A DNA stretch of 64,000 nt from Acidimicrobiales bacterium (lineage in GTDB: Bacteria > Actinomycetota > Acidimicrobiia > Acidimicrobiales > CATQHL01), in contig OZ219784.1 of NCBI GenBank assembly GCA_964291305.2, positions 103,577 to 167,576 of the forward strand. The letters are read 5' to 3'. The notes beneath the pieces were generated by a model, which made no database searches, was not told where the DNA came from, and saw only the letters and a list, made by a program, of their open reading frames with translations. The translations under genes were made by a program, and so were the position numbers. The stretch's first letter is position 1; the number at the start of each line of letters is the position of its first letter. Shown here piece by piece: positions 58,026 through 64,000 of this stretch.

Positions 58026-60571
58026 GCGTCTGGGGACTCCTGCGGGAACTCCACCTTGACCTGACAGACGGCGGCATCGGCATCGATTAGCTCACCCGGA
58101 TCGGCTCCGCCACAGTTGAAGCTGAGCGCCGCAACCTGGCGCGGCACCCGTTCGTCGGGTTCCGCGGTCACCCAGATGGCACCGGCGGAGGAGCTGACCT
58201 TCAACAGGTCGTCGGGGCCGCAGCCGAAGCGTTTAAGGTCTGCGGGGTTCAGCCGCAACACCGCCGGGCGGGCGAAGCCGGCCAGGGACGGACAGTTAGA
58301 CACCACTGTGCCCAAGTCGTACATCCTGCGATCGGCTACCAGCCTCCAGGAGTAGCTGTCGGGGGCCACTGCTGGTGCCGCAGGAAGCTGCACCTCCTCG
58401 AGGCTTAATAGCGGCGGCCGGGCAGGGACGGTACTCACTGGCTCCGAGCCGTTTAGCTGAGCCCCCAGCAGCAATACACCGTCAAGCTGGGAGCGCACCC
58501 TCTGCCAACTTGCTCCGACGTGCAGCGGCGAAAGCTCGGTCAACTCTGCCCAGGCCCCCTCGGGCGAGGAGATCTGCAGGTCCGAGCCCAGCCGCAGCGC
58601 CAGCTCGGCTGCGATCTCCCAGTCCCTCCGGCATTGCGCAGGCGGTGTGACTTGGCGAGTTTCGGCGGTGGCACGACCTTCGATGTTCAAGTGCGTGCCC
58701 GACCGCTCGCCGAACATCACTGCCGGCAGCACCAAGTCGGCATATGCCACCGAGGCTGTTTCGAAGGTGTCAACAGCAATGATGGTTCCAACCCGCTCCA
58801 GCGCCCGGCGCGCCAGCTCCCGGTCGGGGAAGTCGGCCAGCGGGTCGGCGCCGAGGAGGTAGAGCACGTCGATGTGGCCAGCCGCAGCGGCCATAAGAAT
58901 TCCGGCAGCGTCGGCGCCCTGCTGAGCCGGCACCGACCCCCACGCTGCCCCATACCAGTCACCCGCGGAGCCGAGCGTGGTCCGCCCCGGCAGTAACCCC
59001 GGGGCTAGGCCGCTGTCGATCGCTCCCGCAGCGGCGCCGCGGCGCAGCAGCGGCAAAAAACGAGCGTGAGGAAAGGCCCGGGCCAGACGCCTGGCAGCAC
59101 TGGCAGTGGCCTCGGCCGACTCCGCCGCCGAGTCGCGGCCCCACAGCACGGTTAGGGGTTTGTCAGCCAGCAACGCTTTCACTTCACGAATCTCGCTAGT
59201 GGGGATGCCGCCAACGGCCGCTCCCCGCGGGGGATCCAGGATCGCCTCGGCAACCATGTCGGCGTCACCCGGGCGCACCCGCAGCGAGTGCCGGGCTAGC
59301 GGCGTGAGGCTGCCGCTGAGGGCCGCCAGCTCCACCAGCGTCGCATTGCCCGAACTGACAGCGCCTCGCAGTCGCAGGAAAAGGCTGCCGAAGGTCTCCC
59401 GCAGGTCGCCAGCCAGGGTGAGTACCACACCACCGGGCTGGCAGGCATCGGCAATCGTGGCTCGCGGCAGTGCGCAGACCAGATCGGCCGGCAGGCCGTC
59501 GCCAAGCTGGGCGTCGGTGTTGTCGGTGCCGATGACGCTTTTGGCAAACTTGGCCCAGGCGTACTGATCCTCGCTGCAAAGCCGAGCCCCGCCCACCAGC
59601 GCCACCGAGGACGGCCCGTTGCGACCAAGGGCTTCCCCGGTGGCCTCCGCAGCCGCAGCCAGCACCGCCGACCAGGAGGCCGGTTGCAGGTTGGAGTCTT
59701 TGCGCACTAGGGGCTGCTGCAGCCGGCCAGGGCTGCTGAGAGCTTCGAAGCTGAAGCGATCCCGGTCGGTCAACCAACCGTGGTTCACCGCCTCAGAGTC
59801 CACGCCCTGGATGCGCAGCAGACGATTGCGCGAGGCGTGCAGCGAAACCCGGTCACCAGTGGCGTTGGGATAGGTGGAAACCATCTCGGCCAGGTCCCAA
59901 GGCCGCGCCTTGAAACGGTACGGCTGTGCGGTGAGAGCCCCTACGGGGCAGATCTGCACGGTGTTACCGCTGAAGTAAGAGTCGAAGGGGCGCTCGGGGA
60001 ACGTGTTTACTTGAGTGTGATAGCCGCGGTCCTGAAAGCCGATCAGAGGCTCACCGGCCACCTCATCGGCGAAACGGGTGCAGCGGTCGCAGAGGATGCA
60101 GCGCTCGCGGTCGAGGTACACCAAGTCACTAATCGCCAGCGGCTTGTCGAAGTGGCGCTTTTGCTCCACGAAGCGGCTTTCCCCGGGACCGTAGGCCATG
60201 GTCTGGTCCTGCAGCGGACACTCTCCGCCCTTGTCGCACACCGGGCAGTCCAGCGGATGGTTCACTAGCAGAAACTCCAACACCCCGTCCTGAGCCTTAC
60301 GGGCGATGTCGCTGGCGGTTTCCACCACCATTGCTTCGCTGACCGTCAGCATGCACGAGGGAGCCAAGGCGGGACCACGTCCGGTGTCCACCTCTACTAG
60401 ACACATCCGGCACATGCCGACCGGGCGCATGCGCGGGTGGTAGCAGAATCGGGGGATGTAAGTACCGGCCTGTTCGCAGGCGTCGATGAGCAACTGGCCC
60501 GTAGCGGCGCTGATCTCAACGCCGTCGACGGTGATTCGCACGCTTGACTCGCTCACAGCCGGCTCGCTCAT
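58022..60571 (-). CDS. nuoG: NADH-quinone oxidoreductase subunit G
   Basis: 849 aa. N-terminal 2Fe-2S/4Fe-4S region IPRFCYHPRMRPVGMCRMCLVEV...HPLDCPVCDKGGECPLQD, followed by a molybdopterin-like domain. Confidence 0.9.
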   Translation of the reverse strand: MSEPAVSESSVRITVDGVEISAATGQLLIDACEQAGTYIPRFCYHPRMRPVGMCRMCLVEVDTGRGPALAPSCMLTVSEAMVVETASDIARKAQDGVLEFLLVNHPLDCPVCDKGGECPLQDQTMAYGPGESRFVEQKRHFDKPLAISDLVYLDRERCILCDRCTRFADEVAGEPLIGFQDRGYHTQVNTFPERPFDSYFSGNTVQICPVGALTAQPYRFKARPWDLAEMVSTYPNATGDRVSLHASRNRLLRIQGVDSEAVNHGWLTDRDRFSFEALSSPGRLQQPLVRKDSNLQPASWSAVLAAAAEATGEALGRNGPSSVALVGGARLCSEDQYAWAKFAKSVIGTDNTDAQLGDGLPADLVCALPRATIADACQPGGVVLTLAGDLRETFGSLFLRLRGAVSSGNATLVELAALSGSLTPLARHSLRVRPGDADMVAEAILDPPRGAAVGGIPTSEIREVKALLADKPLTVLWGRDSAAESAEATASAARRLARAFPHARFLPLLRRGAAAGAIDSGLAPGLLPGRTTLGSAGDWYGAAWGSVPAQQGADAAGILMAAAAGHIDVLYLLGADPLADFPDRELARRALERVGTIIAVDTFETASVAYADLVLPAVMFGERSGTHLNIEGRATAETRQVTPPAQCRRDWEIAAELALRLGSDLQISSPEGAWAELTELSPLHVGASWQRVRSQLDGVLLLGAQLNGSEPVSTVPARPPLLSLEEVQLPAAPAVAPDSYSWRLVADRRMYDLGTVVSNCPSLAGFARPAVLRLNPADLKRFGCGPDDLLKVSSSAGAIWVTAEPDERVPRQVAALSFNCGGADPGELIDADAAVCQVKVEFPQESPDA

Positions 60572-60573
60572 AA

Positions 60574-62556
60574 CTAGCTGGCAGCCGCCACCGGAATACG
60601 GCGCGGCAGGTAGGCCTCAAACTCGCTGCGGAAATCTCGCAGCGCCGAAAGGATCGGCGAAGCCGCGGATGGACCCAGCGGACAAATGGTGGTCATGCGT
60701 GGTGGCCAAGTGAGTCCAGGGCTGATGTTGTCGCAGACATCGGTGAGCAGGTCTAGATCGCTGGGTCGGCCACGCCCCGCCAGAATGCGCTCCAAGATGA
60801 CTTCTAACCAGCTGGTGCCCTCACGGCAGGGAGTGCACTTGCCGCAGGACTCGCGGGCAAAAAAGCGCACCAGGTTGTGACATGCCCGGGGGATGTCGGT
60901 GCTGGAGTCCATCACCACGATGGCGCCAGAGCCCAGCATCGACCCAGCGGCGTCAACCGCGGCCTTGTCCAACGGAAGGTCTAGCTGCTCAGGCCCAAAC
61001 CAGGGAGCCGAAGCCCCGCCAGGGATAAAAGCCTTAAGGTGGCGATCGCCGCGGATGCCGCCCCCGTAGCGCTCAGCGCCGATGATCTCCCTAAAGGTCG
61101 TAACCCCGAACGGCACCTCGAAGACGCCGGGGTTGCGCACGTGGCCCGAGACGGCGAAGACGCGCGTACCGGCGGACTGCTCGGCACCACGAGCCACGAA
61201 AGCAGCGGCCCCGTGGCTCACGATCCAAGGCAGGTTGGACAGCGTCTCCACATTGTTGACGATGGTCGGGCGACCATAAAGCCCTATCGCGGCCGGGAAG
61301 AAAGGCGGCTTCAATCGGGGCATGCCCCGGTTCCCCTCGAGGCTCTCGATTAGTGCGGTCTCCTCGCCGACGATGTAAGCCCCAGCGCCGGAGTGCAGCA
61401 CTATGTCCACCTCAAAGTCGCTGCCGCAGATTTTCGAGCCCACATAGCCGGCGGCGTAAGCCTCATTCAGGGCTTCGGCAAGCCGCTCAGCGGCCAGCGC
61501 CATCTCGCCGCGCACGTACAGGAAGCACTGTGACAGGCCTAGCGCGTAGCAGGCAATGAGACAGCCCTCGATGAGCTGGTGCGGGTCGCGCTCCATTAAC
61601 AGGCGGTCTTTGTAGGTCCCGGGCTCGCTCTCGTCTCCGTTGACCACCAGATAGCGGGGCCACTCGTCAGGCGGGCAGAAGCCCCACTTCACCCCAGCCG
61701 GAAAACCGGCGCCGCCGCGTCCCAGCAAGCTCGCCGCCCGCACTTCGGCGTGGACAGCTGCCGGCGACGAAGCCAGCGCCCGGCGCAGTCCGGTGTAGCC
61801 GCCGGTGCGTAGGTAGCCCTCCAAGCTGTAGCCGTCGGCTAGGTCGGCCCGAGAGGTCACGATCAGCTGGTCCACTGGCAGCTGGTCCACTGGCGACGGC
61901 TCGGGATCCGCTAGCGCTCCGTCAGCCTCGCCGCCCCCCTGGTGGCGCTGCCACCAAGCCGGTGGCTGGAGCGGCTCGGCCGACGCGGGTGCCTGGGGCG
62001 GCGAAACCCCAGCGGCACGACCGGGGGGTATCTGCTGGCGCACCTTGGCAAGCACGCCGTGGTGCGGTATGTCTCGGCGCTCACCGCTGCGCAGTTCGGC
62101 GATCAGGCGATCAAAGTCCTGGGGTTTTACCTTGGCTTCGTAGCGGTAGTTCACCTGCAGACACGGTGCCTCGGTACAGGCCGCCACACACTCCACTGCC
62201 TCCAAGGTGATCTGCCCGTCGCTGGTGGTACCACCCAGCGGCACGCCCAACGTGTCGCTGGCATGGGCAATCAAATCCTCGGCCCCCAGCAGGTGACAGC
62301 TGATTCCCCGACAGATGTTGACGCGGTACTTGCCGCCGGGCGAGCGCTTGAACATCTCGTAGAAAGAGCAGGTACTTAGCACCTCTGAGGGGGTCAACTC
62401 CAGCAGTTCGGCGATGTGTTCCATCGCCTCGGAACTCACGTAGCCCTCCTGGGCCTGCGCCACGTGCAGCAGCGGGATGAGCGCCGAGCGAGCCACCGGG
62501 TAGCGGGCAGTGATCTCTTTGGCCAACTTGAGGTTCTCTTCGCTGAGGCGGGCCAT
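60574..62556 (-). CDS. nuoEF: Fused NuoE-NuoF subunit of NADH-quinone oxidoreductase
   Basis: 660 aa. aa 1-165 are NuoE (CRGISCHLLGAEDL...VECVAACTEAPCLQVN). A ~70-aa P/A-rich linker follows. The rest is NuoF (LLGRGGAGFPAGVKWGF, ESEPGTYKDR, ESCGKCTPCREG). Confidence 0.85.
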   Translation of the reverse strand: MARLSEENLKLAKEITARYPVARSALIPLLHVAQAQEGYVSSEAMEHIAELLELTPSEVLSTCSFYEMFKRSPGGKYRVNICRGISCHLLGAEDLIAHASDTLGVPLGGTTSDGQITLEAVECVAACTEAPCLQVNYRYEAKVKPQDFDRLIAELRSGERRDIPHHGVLAKVRQQIPPGRAAGVSPPQAPASAEPLQPPAWWQRHQGGGEADGALADPEPSPVDQLPVDQLIVTSRADLADGYSLEGYLRTGGYTGLRRALASSPAAVHAEVRAASLLGRGGAGFPAGVKWGFCPPDEWPRYLVVNGDESEPGTYKDRLLMERDPHQLIEGCLIACYALGLSQCFLYVRGEMALAAERLAEALNEAYAAGYVGSKICGSDFEVDIVLHSGAGAYIVGEETALIESLEGNRGMPRLKPPFFPAAIGLYGRPTIVNNVETLSNLPWIVSHGAAAFVARGAEQSAGTRVFAVSGHVRNPGVFEVPFGVTTFREIIGAERYGGGIRGDRHLKAFIPGGASAPWFGPEQLDLPLDKAAVDAAGSMLGSGAIVVMDSSTDIPRACHNLVRFFARESCGKCTPCREGTSWLEVILERILAGRGRPSDLDLLTDVCDNISPGLTWPPRMTTICPLGPSAASPILSALRDFRSEFEAYLPRRIPVAAAS

Positions 62557-63827
62557 CAGCGGTCAACCTCACCCATGATGGGATCCACCGAAGAGATGAT
62601 CGCCACAGCGTCGGCTACCAAACGTCCCTGAAGCATGTGCGGCAGCGCCTGCAGGTTTATAAAGCTGGGCCCCCTGATATGCATACGCAGCGGCTTGGAG
62701 CCGCCGTCGGCCACCAGATAGCAGCCAAGTTCACCCCGGGGCGACTCCACTGCTTCGTAGACCTCACCGGGGGGCACCTTGAAGCCTTCGGTGAAGATCT
62801 TGAAGTGGTGGATAAGCGCCTCCATAGATTCGTCGATGCGGCCTCTAGGCGGTGGGGTGACTTTCTTGTCCTGGGCGCGGTAGTCGCCTGACGGCATCCC
62901 TGCAAGGATCTGGTGGACCAGCCGGATGGACTCGCGGATCTCGTTCAGACGGATGGCGTAACGGTCGAAGGAATCCCCGTAAGTCCCACAGATGACATCG
63001 AAGTCCAGTTGGTCGTAGTCCAAGTAGGGCATGTGTCGGCGCAAGTCCCAGGAGTAGCCCGTGCTGCGCAGAATCGGCCCTGTCACGCCCAGCGCTAAGC
63101 ACTCATCGGCGCTAATCACACCCACCCCTTGAAGTCGCTCGCGCCAGATGGGTTGGCCGGTCAACAACGTGTCGTACTCGTCGAGGCGCTCGCCGATGGG
63201 TTCCAGCAGCCGCAAGATGTCGTCACGCCAGCCGTCGGGCAGGTCAGCAGCCACGCCGCCGGGACGGATGTAGTTATGGTTCATGCGTAGGCCGGTGATC
63301 TTCTCCAGCAGCCGCAGCACCTCCTCCCGCTCACGCCAGCCGTAGAGCATCATCGACACGGCGCCGAGGTCCATGCCGTTGGTGGCCTGGAATAGCAGGT
63401 GCGAGCTGATGCGATTCAACTCGCACATCAGCATCCGGATCCACACCGCCCGGGGCGGGAGTTCTAGCCCTAGCAGCGTCTCGGTAGCAGTTGAGAAGGC
63501 CAACTCGGTAAACAGGGGGGAGGCGTAGTCCATGCGCGTGACGTTGGTCGGGCCTTGCAGGTAGGTGAGGGTCTCGCCGGTCTTCTCCATGCCGGTGTGC
63601 AGGTAGCCGATGATCGGCTTGCAAGCCGTCACCGTCTCGCCATCTAGTTCTAAAAGCAGCCGCAACACACCGTGAGTGGAGGGATGCTGCGGACCCATAT
63701 TGATAATCATGCGCTCCGGCGCTGAGGGGGTAGCAACAAGCGCCTCGGATTCGCTGAGCCGCAGAACCGGGCTGGCGTGGCGGGCGTAGACCCCACCGGG
63801 CAGCGTTACCGGAGCCTCAGCGCTCAC
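62556..63827 (-). CDS. nuoD: NADH-quinone oxidoreductase subunit D (operon 2)
   Basis: 423 aa with GTG start, and [23 protein letters not shown]. Confidence 0.9.
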   Translation of the reverse strand: MSAEAPVTLPGGVYARHASPVLRLSESEALVATPSAPERMIINMGPQHPSTHGVLRLLLELDGETVTACKPIIGYLHTGMEKTGETLTYLQGPTNVTRMDYASPLFTELAFSTATETLLGLELPPRAVWIRMLMCELNRISSHLLFQATNGMDLGAVSMMLYGWREREEVLRLLEKITGLRMNHNYIRPGGVAADLPDGWRDDILRLLEPIGERLDEYDTLLTGQPIWRERLQGVGVISADECLALGVTGPILRSTGYSWDLRRHMPYLDYDQLDFDVICGTYGDSFDRYAIRLNEIRESIRLVHQILAGMPSGDYRAQDKKVTPPPRGRIDESMEALIHHFKIFTEGFKVPPGEVYEAVESPRGELGCYLVADGGSKPLRMHIRGPSFINLQALPHMLQGRLVADAVAIISSVDPIMGEVDR

Positions 63828-64000
63828 CGAACATCCCCGGCCGCCTTGAACCGCACAGGCACGGTGCCGACGGCATAGTCCTTGCGCAGGGGATGTCCAT
63901 CCCAGTCCTCGGGCAGCAAGATGCGGGTCATGTCCGGGTGGCCGTCGAAGCTGATGCCGAACATGTCGAACACTTCCCGTTCGGGGTTCTCGCTGCCGGG
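63824..64000 (-). CDS. nuoC: NADH-quinone oxidoreductase subunit C (operon 2), C-terminal fragment; 5' end beyond the window
   Basis: My reverse translation reads ...[52 protein letters not shown]. The stop at 63824-63826 forms a GTGA overlap with the nuoD start. Confidence 0.85.
   Translation of the reverse strand, partial: PGSENPEREVFDMFGISFDGHPDMTRILLPEDWDGHPLRKDYAVGTVPVRFKAAGDVR

Overview
High-G+C, Actinomycetota-like chromosomal window (inferred from DUF222/REP13E12-type HNH, PdtaS-like kinase, VapBC and GPP34 genes). No rRNA, tRNA, integrase, transposase or cas gene was recognised. Layout: (i) 1-14.3 kb is a mixed-orientation oxidoreductase/hydrolase cluster interrupted by a small Type II R-M pair at 4.1-6.4 kb. 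(ii) 14.3-18.3 kb holds a cobalamin riboswitch and a BtuF/C/D-type importer whose ATPase is fused to CobO adenosyltransferase. (iii) 18.3-32.5 kb is an accessory, defence-type island lying between cobO and cobQ. (iv) 32.6-37.4 kb holds a Rieske oxygenase, cobQ, a PdtaS-like kinase and vapBC. (v) 37.5-64 kb, all on the minus strand, holds two consecutive complex I operons: an 11-gene nuoABCDHIJKLMN set without nuoEFG, and part of a 14-subunit-type set with a fused NuoE-NuoF. They are separated by TrpB2-like and GPP34 genes. The island carries a RelE/ParE-like::SF1-helicase fusion and a low-G+C 726-aa protein made only of RNA-polymerase-type DNA-binding modules (alpha-CTD-like, sigma region-4-like, HARE-HTH). 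It also carries a broken DUF1156 methylase, a HARE-HTH/MTase/PD-(D/E)XK R-M module, a nucleotidyltransferase fusion, a DUF222 HNH gene and repeat arrays. Most interesting signals: (a) the helicase fusion and the multi-HTH protein, candidates for an undescribed defence module; (b) three long poly-C tracts (C15, C12, C10) confined to 3.1 kb of the R-M locus, one exactly at a reading-frame switch, suggesting phase variation; (c) a recurrent 69-73 bp tandem-duplication habit at about eight loci, several overlapping stop codons. All functional calls come from motif reading of the translations. No database search was possible.
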